Source: Planctomycetales bacterium (GTDB lineage: Bacteria > Planctomycetota > Planctomycetia > Pirellulales > Pirellulaceae). Taken from it: a stretch of 64,000 nucleotides of DNA. The translations under genes were made by a program, and so were the position numbers. Location of the stretch: positions 65,716 to 129,715 of the forward strand of contig JAGQOY010000001.1 of the NCBI GenBank assembly GCA_020427005.1, written 5' to 3'. Positions 19,602 through 29,500 of this stretch are shown piece by piece. Position 1 is the stretch's first letter, and the number at the start of each line of letters is the position of its first letter. Below the pieces are notes generated by a model. The model ran no database searches, was not told the DNA's origin, and saw only the letters and a program-made list of their open reading frames with translations.

Positions 19602-21617
19602 TCAGTGACCGACTTCTTCGACTTGGACTGTACGAATCGTCAGGTCTTGGAAGAATTCGTTGGGTGTAAACTTGCCGGCGCGGGTGTCCTTGCCGTTGGT
19701 CCATAGCGGTGTTGTACTGCCGTCGGCGTGGCGGATACGGAGGTTATCAAGGTAGATAGTAAATTTGCCTTTCGTGCCACCGCTGAAGACGACGCCATGT
19801 TTGCCAAGCGGCCCAGGAGCGGTACTCGAGAGCCCGACAATGCGGTGTTCCCAAACGCTTTCGCGGTCGGCAATTCCCGGTCCGCTACTCTGGTCTCGAC
19901 CAAGCTGATCGACTCCCATACCAACTTTGAAGAGCGGTCCAAAGGGTTTTGAATTGTTTCCCTCCAGAGGTGAGAAATACGGATGCCTGCGGGGCGACTC
20001 GGCCGAGAACGCGATGTCGAACTCGATCCAGTCGGTTGCGAACTGGGTGGCGCCCCAATTGGCCACATTGATGGCCAGACGATCCTTCGGCTGAGCTTGA
20101 TCGGTTATGGTGACCGCGACGGCCAGCACTTCGCCGGCCGGTGCAGCGGGTGCATGGTACTTTTTCGGCGCAGGACGGTGACTGAGAGCGACGCCCAGCG
20201 AATCGGCCCAGGTATCCATCTTGGCAGTCAGGGTCGCCACCACATCAGGATGTGCATCCGCGACGTTGCTGGATTCCGTTTCGTCGGCAATCACGTCGTA
20301 AAGTTCGTAGCGATTGAAGAAGCGATGTAGTTTCCACTGCCGTGTGCGGATGGCGTCCTCGTCGCGCCAGACAAAGTAGTAGCCTTCGACCGGGCTCGGT
20401 TGGTTGTCGCGCAAGGCCGTCCAGATATTCTTTCCGTCGAGAGGGCGTGTTTCTGGCATCGTTGAACCGGTCATCGCCATCAATGAGGGAAACATATCCA
20501 GCGCTCCGCAGAGTCCGTCCCATTTCGTCCCGCCGACCAATCCGCCTCGCGGCCAATGAATCACGGTTGGCAAACGCACACCGCCGTCATAGATCGTGTG
20601 TTTGTGGCCACGCAGCGGCAAACTGCTACCGGCCTCCATCGCACCGTTGTCACTGGTGAAGACAACAATCGTATTCTCGCGCAAGCCAAGCGAATCAAGC
20701 TCGGCGAGAATGGCTGACACGTTATTGTCCATCGAACGCAGCATGGCCGCGTGGATGTGTTTTTCTTCCGCCGTTGTTTTTTCGCTTGCAGCGGGAAGTA
20801 CTGCTGCTTTGTCGGGATCGATCTTGGCCAGATCGATGTCCTTGGCCTGTAGTGGCGCATGGGCAATGTGGAAAGGGATATAGCAAAAAAATGGCTGATC
20901 CTTGGTGTCTCGGATAAAGTCGATGGCATACTGCGTAACCAAGTCGTCGGTATACCCGGCATCGTTCCTACGAAATTCGCGGTTATGCCACCAGGAGACC
21001 GGTCCACGGCCTTGCACCGTGCGGCGATTGAAGTAATCTGCACCGCCGCCGTAATACACCCAAGCCTCGTCAAAGCCGTGAGCATTTGCGCCATAGCCGC
21101 CTACTAGCTTCTTGTTCGGCATCGACTGAAACGCATCGTAAAACGCGTGGCTGAACTCGGGGGTATCCGGGTCGCTTCCGTTGTGCCACTTACCAAAGAC
21201 TCCGGTCCGATAGCCGTTTGCCTTGAATCCCTCAGCAATGGTCGTCTCTTCTAGCTCCAGTTCACCACCGACTTCTGGGCCAGTGCCGACGCGGATCGGA
21301 TGCCGACCGGTCAGTAGCATTGCGCGCGTTGGGGAACAAACGCACCAGCCCATGAAATTGGTCAGCTCAACACCTTGTGAAAATAGTCGGTCTATATTGG
21401 GCGTTGGCACGCCGCCTCGGTGGACACTCAGGTCGCCCCATCCCACATCGTCAGCCATGATATAAACGACATTCGGGCGATCTGCGGCTAGCGACGTGGC
21501 CGGGAGGCTTCCGAGCATCTGGACGGATACAGTCGCGAGCAACGTTATCGCGGCTGGTCCAAGAGTGCAATTGTACAGCGCTCGTGCGTAGACCATTTGA
21601 ATATTCATAATTAGCAC
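19602..21617 (-). CDS. Sulfatase with C-terminal beta-sandwich extension
   Basis: PNVVYIMADD, CSPTRAMLLTGR, GKWHNG, FTSDNG, LRGHK, plus about 190 extra C-terminal residues. Confidence 0.92.
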   Translation of the reverse strand: MLIMNIQMVYARALYNCTLGPAAITLLATVSVQMLGSLPATSLAADRPNVVYIMADDVGWGDLSVHRGGVPTPNIDRLFSQGVELTNFMGWCVCSPTRAMLLTGRHPIRVGTGPEVGGELELEETTIAEGFKANGYRTGVFGKWHNGSDPDTPEFSHAFYDAFQSMPNKKLVGGYGANAHGFDEAWVYYGGGADYFNRRTVQGRGPVSWWHNREFRRNDAGYTDDLVTQYAIDFIRDTKDQPFFCYIPFHIAHAPLQAKDIDLAKIDPDKAAVLPAASEKTTAEEKHIHAAMLRSMDNNVSAILAELDSLGLRENTIVVFTSDNGAMEAGSSLPLRGHKHTIYDGGVRLPTVIHWPRGGLVGGTKWDGLCGALDMFPSLMAMTGSTMPETRPLDGKNIWTALRDNQPSPVEGYYFVWRDEDAIRTRQWKLHRFFNRYELYDVIADETESSNVADAHPDVVATLTAKMDTWADSLGVALSHRPAPKKYHAPAAPAGEVLAVAVTITDQAQPKDRLAINVANWGATQFATDWIEFDIAFSAESPRRHPYFSPLEGNNSKPFGPLFKVGMGVDQLGRDQSSGPGIADRESVWEHRIVGLSSTAPGPLGKHGVVFSGGTKGKFTIYLDNLRIRHADGSTTPLWTNGKDTRAGKFTPNEFFQDLTIRTVQVEEVGH

Positions 21618-21739
21618 CCTTTCGATTCTATCGTCATCTCGCCACTGCTATTCTATCGGAGTCTCAGGATGGTCGTTTTAATATTGCGATGGTCTAAGAC
21701 TACTAACCAGAAACACCACAGCTTGTTGCTTTTATCACG

Positions 21740-21817
21740 ATCCGAAACGTCAGTGAGGCACCGATTCATGTCGTTTTGGTCTTTACTGGAGTTAGTCCCT
21801 CGTTGACACATCGGGTT
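21740..21817. repeat. Inverted REP doublet, family 3 (degenerate)
   Basis: atccgaaacgtcagtgaggcac ... gtccctcgttgacacatcgggtt; the same family occurs at 58141-58194. Confidence 0.6.
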
Positions 21818-21982
21818 GTGAATTTTTTCTGCCAAGCAGCGCGCTACAAACGACAATCATGCATAAACCGTAACTTCAGAAAGATCGTACTGGACTTTAC
21901 GATTGCAGGCATTGGGTTGTGTTCGCCTGGTGTTTATGAAAAACTCACTTGATGAATCAAGCGTTCCTCGGGAGAACATAGG

Positions 21983-23110
21983 ATGTCGGAATATCAGCTA
22001 GTAGAATTTCGTGCAGTTGACGCTCCTCTCAATGACGCGGCGTTAGAGTTCATGTGTGCTCAGTCGACTCGAGCTGAAGTGAACCGATGGAAGTTTACCA
22101 ACGAATATCACTATGGTGATTTTCGCGGCAATGTCTTAGAGATGATGCGTCGCGGCTACGATGTGCATGTGCATTATACAAACTTTGGGCTTCGCCGAAT
22201 CGGCTTTCGAATCCCCGACGGATTTCCTCATGCAGAACGACTTAAACCCTATCTTTATGAACCTGAAATTCAGTGGACGCCTGACAAGAAGGGTACTGGA
22301 GGCGTTCTCATGTTAGAGCCGTGCGGAGATGCCGGAACTTGGGACTGGATGGATGATATAGACGATTTGGCGAGCGATTTGATTCCCGTGCGCGAACTGA
22401 TTCTCGCTGGTGATTTCCGTGCACTTTACCTGGCTCATATTGCGTTCAACTACGATGATGGTGCCGTCGAACCTCCGGTTCCGCCGGGACTCGCCGCTCC
22501 GCATCGCGGCCTAATTCGGTTGACTGAGTTTTACGAGATAAGCTTCGATCTAATATCAGTCGCAGCAGAGAAATCTATCGAATTTCCGTCCGTTGAATCC
22601 GATGATGAAATGATAGGAAAATGGGTGGCTAATCAAGCCACAAATGAATTGGCTGACCATCTTGCTAATTGCCTCAAACGACCGAGAGATTACCCAAACC
22701 AATTGCTCCGAATCGTTCGTCGGGTAGCATTGAAGTCTCTTAGAGTGGAACAGCCGGGTAATCGAACCATCGAAGAACTTCGCCAACAGGCAGCGGATAT
22801 TGCTGCTGAACGTCAAACCGCGCAAGAGGAAATTGCTGCCAGCAAGGCGGAGGAGCGAAAAGTGGCTGCGGAGAAAGTAAAGCAAGCTACTCTGTCTGCG
22901 ATCGCTTCCAATCCAGAGAAATCGATTCAGCGAATTGATGCCGCGATCGAGGAGAGGAACCGTCCGGCCTATCAACGAGCAGCTGAGGAGCTACAACTGC
23001 TTGCCGAAGCCTGTGGAAAGTCGACGGCGGCTGCCAAGGTTGAAATGATTCGAAAAACCTATCCAACACGCAGTGCGTTGGACAGCATTCTTCGAGAGGC
23101 GGGGTTCTAA
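21983..23110 (+). CDS. Conserved hypothetical protein (MSEYQxxEFRAxDxPL family)
   Basis: 375-aa ORF with the N-terminal signature EFRAVDAPL...YHYGDFRG, an EPPVPPGL motif and a helical C-terminus. Confidence 0.75.
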   Translation: MSEYQLVEFRAVDAPLNDAALEFMCAQSTRAEVNRWKFTNEYHYGDFRGNVLEMMRRGYDVHVHYTNFGLRRIGFRIPDGFPHAERLKPYLYEPEIQWTPDKKGTGGVLMLEPCGDAGTWDWMDDIDDLASDLIPVRELILAGDFRALYLAHIAFNYDDGAVEPPVPPGLAAPHRGLIRLTEFYEISFDLISVAAEKSIEFPSVESDDEMIGKWVANQATNELADHLANCLKRPRDYPNQLLRIVRRVALKSLRVEQPGNRTIEELRQQAADIAAERQTAQEEIAASKAEERKVAAEKVKQATLSAIASNPEKSIQRIDAAIEERNRPAYQRAAEELQLLAEACGKSTAAAKVEMIRKTYPTRSALDSILREAGF

Positions 23111-23245
23111 CGACGGGCAGCTAAGAACTCAGTTGCGAATCTGGCTATACTCTATTGACCGACATTCAGACTTAAGTCGGATACGTTAAACCGTTAGCTT
23201 GTGTTAGTGTCTGACTTCCTCGTTTGCTTTAAGTGCCGTGGATAA

Positions 23246-24793
23246 ATGAATCTCATATTTCGGAACAGTCTCGCCGTTTTATCTATTGTTTGGGGATTGG
23301 CTCTGCCACTTTTGGCGAAAAGCCCTAACGTCTTGTTCGTGGTGATTGATGATTTGCGACCGGAACTCGGGTGCTACGGTTGCGAAGAAATCGAAACGCC
23401 AGGCTTTGATGCTTTTGCGCGAAGTGCGGCTGTGTTTCGTCGCGCTTACTGTCAGGCTGCGGTATGCGCTCCTTCACGTGCCAGCGTGATGACGGGCTTG
23501 CGTCCAGATTCGACTCGGGTGTGGGATTTGCGTGGTAAATTCCGTGACAACATGCCTGACGTGGTAACGATTCCGCAGTATTTTCAAGAGCATGGTTACT
23601 ACACCGTTTCGATGGGAAAGATCTTCCATAACTTCATGCCGGACCGAATTTCATTCGATGAACCTGATTTACGTCCCGCAAAATACATGACTCCCGACAT
23701 GATCGGGCGAGAGCCTGAGTCACTCTATCACGACGAGCGACTGCTTGCTGAATTGGCAGAAGTAAGAAAACGTCGGCTTGCAAAAAATCCCAATGCATAT
23801 GCCGACGGTTGGGCCTACGGGCGTGCGACTGAATCTTACGAGGCTCCAGACCATGAGTTTTACGATGGTGCTCAGACTGACTCGGCAATCCAAACGCTTT
23901 CTCGCCTGAAAGAGAACCACCAACCATTTTTCTTGGCGCTGGGATACTATCGACCTCATTTACCGTTTGTTGCTCCCACGCGGTACTGGAATCTCTATGA
24001 TCGCCAATCGCTGTCCTTAGCAGACAATCCGTTTTTACCGGTAGACTCGCCAGTCATGGCCATGAACTCAATGTATGAACTCTTAGGATGCTATGACTTT
24101 GAACACGTCCAGCATCCTGCTACCGCCAGTTTGACGGAACAAGAGGCACGACTACTGAAACACGGGTACTACGCCTCGGTCAGTTTTGTCGACGCTTGTT
24201 TCGGTAAGCTCATGCGTGGCCTAGATGAACTAGGGTTAGCAGAGAATACGATCGTGGTCGTTTGGGGAGATCATGGATGGAAACTGGGAGAACACGGAAG
24301 TTGGTGCAAACAAACGAACTACGACATAGATATCCGCGTACCGCTACTCATGCGGGTTCCCGGTCTGGCTGCGTCAGGCGTTAAGTGTGACCAGATCGTT
24401 GAGCTTGTGGATATCTATCCAACTCTCTGCGATGCGGCGGGCATTGCGATCCCACCGATTATGGAGGGAACAAGCTTCCTGCCATTGCTTTCCGAGCCAA
24501 ATCTCAATTGGAAGTCGGCCGCATTCAGCCAGTTTCATCGTACTCCCAGAGTTTCTCCAGATGGTGGCCGTTACATGGGTCTTTCGATGGTGACACCGAG
24601 GTATCATTATGTAGAGTGGCATCACTGGGATCTTGAAAATGAATCGGTCGGTGATCTCGTAGCTGTCGAATTGTACGATTTTCAAGCTGATCCCGAAGAG
24701 AATGCGAATATTGCCAACACGACTGGCAATGCGAAACTCCTGACTGAACTGGCGGCCCAGCTTCAGCAGGGTTGGCGGGCTGCCTCCCCGTAG
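23246..24793 (+). CDS. Sulfatase (iduronate-2-sulfatase-like)
   Basis: PNVLFVVIDDLRP, CAPSRAS, GKIFH, RPHLPF, WGDHGWKLGEH. Confidence 0.92.
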   Translation: MNLIFRNSLAVLSIVWGLALPLLAKSPNVLFVVIDDLRPELGCYGCEEIETPGFDAFARSAAVFRRAYCQAAVCAPSRASVMTGLRPDSTRVWDLRGKFRDNMPDVVTIPQYFQEHGYYTVSMGKIFHNFMPDRISFDEPDLRPAKYMTPDMIGREPESLYHDERLLAELAEVRKRRLAKNPNAYADGWAYGRATESYEAPDHEFYDGAQTDSAIQTLSRLKENHQPFFLALGYYRPHLPFVAPTRYWNLYDRQSLSLADNPFLPVDSPVMAMNSMYELLGCYDFEHVQHPATASLTEQEARLLKHGYYASVSFVDACFGKLMRGLDELGLAENTIVVVWGDHGWKLGEHGSWCKQTNYDIDIRVPLLMRVPGLAASGVKCDQIVELVDIYPTLCDAAGIAIPPIMEGTSFLPLLSEPNLNWKSAAFSQFHRTPRVSPDGGRYMGLSMVTPRYHYVEWHHWDLENESVGDLVAVELYDFQADPEENANIANTTGNAKLLTELAAQLQQGWRAASP

Positions 24794-24967
24794 GATTGAG
24801 CGAGATTGACCATGTAATGGGTTGCTCAAAATAAACTCACTCGCCCTGGAGATGCCTATTCAACTTTTTTGCTCAGACAATGGATTGCCAGTCTCCAGGA
24901 CCGCAAGGCTAGCATGCATTTCAATATGAGTTTTCCGAACTAACACACGCAAATCAGTATCCTGCCA

Positions 24968-25033
24968 ACCCTCTCCGGAAAAGGAAGCGTCTACGCAAGG
25001 TTTCCATTTCCGACTATCCCAAGCTTTGGAGAG
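24968..25033 (+). repeat. Degenerate REP-like element, family 2
   Basis: accctctccggaaaagg matches accctccccggaaaagg at 52714; ends in a degenerate hairpin. Confidence 0.4.
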
Positions 25034-25112
25034 TTAGTTAATGAAAATCGGTGAACGCACGGCTGAACTTTAAAATGTAAAGCCACCTTTCAGCAACAAT
25101 CAATAGCGAGAA

Positions 25113-25823
25113 GTGTCCAACATCTTAGGAGACAAAGTCTTGAATAGATTCGTTACTTCACTGTTTGTGATGACAATCCTTGGCGTCCTAGTTTCGAGCG
25201 CTCAGGATGCGACTCAATGGACGGAACTGTTTGATGGTAAGACTCTGGAGGGTTGGGTCCAAAAGAACGGTACAGCTACATACATCGTCAAAGACGGTAG
25301 CATTGTTGGCACGACGGTAGAGGGAAGTTGGAATTCCTTTCTATGTACCGAAAAGGAGTATGGCGACTTTGAACTCGAATTTGATGTGAAAGTGGATAAT
25401 AAGTTGAATTCCGGAGTTCAGATCCGATCGACAACACGCAAAGAAACCATCGGTGAAGGCCCAAACCGAGCTGCGGGGCGCGTCATCGGACCACAGGTTG
25501 AGATCGAAGCCAGCGGCGCCGACGGTGCAGAAGCTGGATATGTCTATTTGGAGGCTACGGGCAAAGGCTGGATGACGCCCGAGGATCGATTGAAGCCACA
25601 CAAGCACTTCAAAGATGGCGAGTGGAATCATTTCCGTATCGTTGCTGCGGGACCAAGGATTCAGACTTGGATTAACACATCGAAGATTGAGGACATAAGC
25701 GACGAAGAAGCGTATTCAGAGTACCCTCGAGGCTTCATCGGTTTGCAAGTTCATCGAATCCAGCCAGGTGTTGGCCCTTATCAAGTAGCTTGGCGTAATA
25801 TTCGTATTAAGGAGAGCGACTAA
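25113..25823 (+). CDS. DUF1080 / 3-keto-disaccharide hydrolase family protein
   Basis: LFDGKTLEGW, YGDFELE, NSGVQIRS, GEWNHFRI, GFIGLQVH. Confidence 0.92.
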   Translation: MSNILGDKVLNRFVTSLFVMTILGVLVSSAQDATQWTELFDGKTLEGWVQKNGTATYIVKDGSIVGTTVEGSWNSFLCTEKEYGDFELEFDVKVDNKLNSGVQIRSTTRKETIGEGPNRAAGRVIGPQVEIEASGADGAEAGYVYLEATGKGWMTPEDRLKPHKHFKDGEWNHFRIVAAGPRIQTWINTSKIEDISDEEAYSEYPRGFIGLQVHRIQPGVGPYQVAWRNIRIKESD

Positions 25824-26543
25824 GCCAAGAGTGATGGGGCGAGCGTTTTACTCGTTACTATATTGCCGCCAATTGACGTGGACAAATTGACCATGGATTC
25901 CATCGTCAACTAAACTATTAATTGGCTATTGTTTTCATATCACGCCCCAGACGCTACGGATGTGAACGAATTGCAGCTGCTGCTCCAGCAATTAAATGTC
26001 CGATCAGAATTGGTAAGGGCAGCATGACGATGGTTAGTAGCAAGAATAGAAATATCCAGTACAGGAAAACCATCTGCTCTCCAGCCGCCAACCAAGTACG
26101 CCACACTCGGGGATCGAGCATCATATCGGATGCGGACTTGTTCTCGTCCAATTGCGCTCATGATTGCACGGAGCGTATAGCCGCTGTCTTTTTCTAATTC
26201 TCTGCCCACAGAGTTTGCATACAAAGCATAGGATTCGGTAAAAATCTTTCGCAACACAACAGTACAATTTACTGCGAATGATCCAGAATTTTGCTGATCT
26301 GTAGCACTTAGTTGAATTCCGTTGGGGTTGCGGTTAGGGTATAAGCTCCAATTATGGAAATTCGTCTCTTTTGATTGGGGGAGTGTATTCGCCAATTCAG
26401 TATGTGTTGCGGTAACCTCGCTTGTCAGATCGACTTTGGTGATGGAACCAAATGGATGTTGAGTTGATTGCCAATAGGCAGCCGAAACAAAATCGACTGA
26501 CAAGCAGAATCTCAGATCTATTAATCCATATGATGATCCGCCC

Positions 26544-29500
26544 ATGAGAAACGCCCTTCGACGTCTATTGCCGCGATTTCAACAGGTTAAACAGAACAAT
26601 CAAAAGAAACGATTAGGTTGCTTCGAACAGCTGGAATCGCGGCATCTATTGGTAGCAGCCGTTTGGAATAACGTGATTAACCCATTAAATGTGAATGGAG
26701 ATTCCGCAGGATTCGTTACGCCAATTGACGCTCTCTTGGTCATTAACGAATTGAATGGAACGAGACACTCCGATCCCGCATCCGGTCGACTCCCACGCCA
26801 AGTTCAAGCTGAAGTGACATTGCCCTATTTAGATGTGAGCTGCGATGGATTCGTTTCACCATTGGACGCACTGATTGTAATCAACTATCTCAACTCTAAT
26901 CCCTCGCAACCTGGAAGTTCCTTTCAATCGGGCGGAGGAACGTGGATCGCAACAGCATGCTCTCCACAATTGTTGGAGGGAACTGGTTTTACAACTGAGT
27001 TTTCACGGGTGCTAACTTTACCTGATGATTCTTCTGCGATAAGAATTCTCTTTGAAGCCCCTGATTTTGATACGTCAAGCAAAAGGACTATCCGTGATGC
27101 CTTTGAGATCGCAATTACAGACCTGGATGGCAATCCAGTGACCTGGCCGTATTCACGCGATCAGAACGTAGTTTACAACTGGACCGAAGACCTAGAACCA
27201 ATATTTAGCTCAACGACGCGAACCACCACAGCTCCGCTAGGTCAAGATTCGTCGGTGATTGTGGATTTAGCGGGGTTGCCAGCGCTTTCGCAAGTGCGCG
27301 TGACGGCAAGGCTTGTTAACAACGATTTCGATAACGAAACAAGTGTCATTGTTCGTGGCATCGAAGTAGTAAACTCCGCAAGTCAGTATTCTACGGGACA
27401 AGTGCCAGCGCAACTGAGCTCATCTGTTTCCACGAGATTGGATTTCAGTGTGTTGTCGGACGTTACTAGTAGTGTGTCAGCGACGTACAAACACACTTCT
27501 TTCGACGATACAGTTGAAACATTGGTTGCGGAAGTCGCATTATTCAATGAAGCAGGGTTTGCTATAGACGGTCCGATCGTTATGGCGATCAAGAACATTA
27601 CCAATCCTAGCGTCGGAGTTGGCGGCAATGACGGCTATACTCCTGATGGAGCACCCTACTTTGATTTCACAAGGCTCATCGATCAAAACTCATTGGATCC
27701 CGGAGATATTAGTGAACCGCTTTCGCTTTTTTTTCATAATCCAACTGGGGAGCGATTTGGCTATGATCTAGTTGTTTATGGACAGCTCAATCGCGCCCCC
27801 ATAATCGAATCTACGCCCATCATAGACGCGCAGTCAGGTAGAAGTTACATCTACGACGTTGAAGCTCGTGATCCAGATGGTGACCAACTGGATTATCAAC
27901 TGACTGTAGCGCCATCAGGGATGACTATTGATCGTCAAACTGGCTTAATTCATTGGCAGCCGACGATGAATGATAACGGCAGTCATGTGGTGGAGGTCGA
28001 CGTATACGATGGCCGCAATGGACGAGAAAACCAGGTATTCTCGCTTAGCGTTTGGAGCTTTCTTCCTAATCGTCCTCCAGTGTTCACGTCAGTGCCTCCT
28101 GTTAACACGTCCGTTAATGCATCATACGAATATCTAGCCAAAGCGCGCGATCCCGACGGCGATTCACTTAGCTATTCCCTACTCTCCGGCCCTGACTCAC
28201 TGACCATCGACTCGTCTGGTTTGGTCAATTGGAATCCACTAGCTGGCCAAGTTGGAACTTTCGCTGTTGCGTTGCAAGTTGATGACGGTCATGGTGGTTT
28301 GGCCACGCAGAGTTTTCAGATTCAAGTTGCAGCTGAAATTGGAAATGGATCTCCCTATTTCGTCAGTGATCCTCTGGATTTTTTCCACCTGCCCGCAATG
28401 ACAAATCCTTCAAGCGGAAACGTTGCACCAGTGGAACTAGAATTGGATTTGCCTCCAGGGGAATCCATTGTTCAGTCGATCTCCATCACATTACCCCCCG
28501 ACGGTGGTCACGGTGGGTTTGCAGATATCGTACTGATCGTTGACGAATCGGGCTCCATGGTCGGCGAGCACGCGTGGCTGGCCGAGATGGTACTCAGTCT
28601 CGAAGCTCAGCTGGCGGCTCGCGGGATCGGCCCAAACCGCTACGGACTGGTCGGTTTCGGCGGAATCGGCGATCGTGAGCCAGGGCATGTCTTCTATCTG
28701 GCCGACAGCGCGGTAGGAGCTCAATGGCGGCTCTATGGTCCTGCGGGCGAGTTAGTATCCGCTTCAAACCACCTTGAGGGCATCGACTTTGCCGTCACCA
28801 GCAGAGGAACTCACACGCTGGTTTTGGGAGTTGATGACAACCAGTCAACAGTGGGCGAATATGACTTTCGTTTCGAGGAGGTTGCCCAGGTACCAGTCAC
28901 ATCTTCCGGTTTCGATGTGTTACACGCCGGGACGATCACAAGTGCCCACCCTTCCGATGTGTTCCATTTTCAAGCCAATGCTGGCACCGAGATCCTGATC
29001 GATGTTCTCGCAAGCAGATCAGCAACGCTAACTCTGGAGATTTGGGACCCGGAAGGCAACTCGTTGCACCTAGATGCACTGAATCGCGACCTGGGCATTT
29101 ATGCGTTGCCCCAATCCGGCGAGTACACAATTGAAGTAAAAGGAATAACCATTGATGACGAAGGCGATTATGCTTTCCGCGTGGTGGATCTTTCCCAGTC
29201 GACAACGGTGGATTTTGATCAAATGATACAGGGTAAGCTCGAATCCAGCTATCAAACGACAGCTTTTCACATCACGGGGCAAACCGGAAAGAAACTCGAG
29301 TTTGTAGTAAATGGTAATGTCGCTGATGCCAACTTCCGATTGATTGGACCCGATGGACGAACTGTCGTTACTCCCGGGCAATTCGCTGATTTCATAGCCG
29401 AAATACAAGCGACCGCCGACTACGTGCTGTTGGTTGAAAGCATGGTCGACAACCTCGACTTTGCTTTTACGGTTTCAGAAATAATGCCAGCAGCGGACGC

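Noticed and set aside
17038-21107. Long antisense ORFs (for example 17038-17679, 18864-19418, 20561-21094)
   Set aside because: They are shadow frames overlapping well-supported hydrolase and sulfatase genes, as expected in GC-rich coding DNA.
25940-26545. 201-aa minus-strand ORF, and the overlapping 65-aa hydrophobic ORF at 25954-26151
   Set aside because: No recognisable motif or ribosome-binding site, the start collides head-to-head with the RHS start codon, and competing frames cannot be resolved by eye. It may still be a decayed gene.
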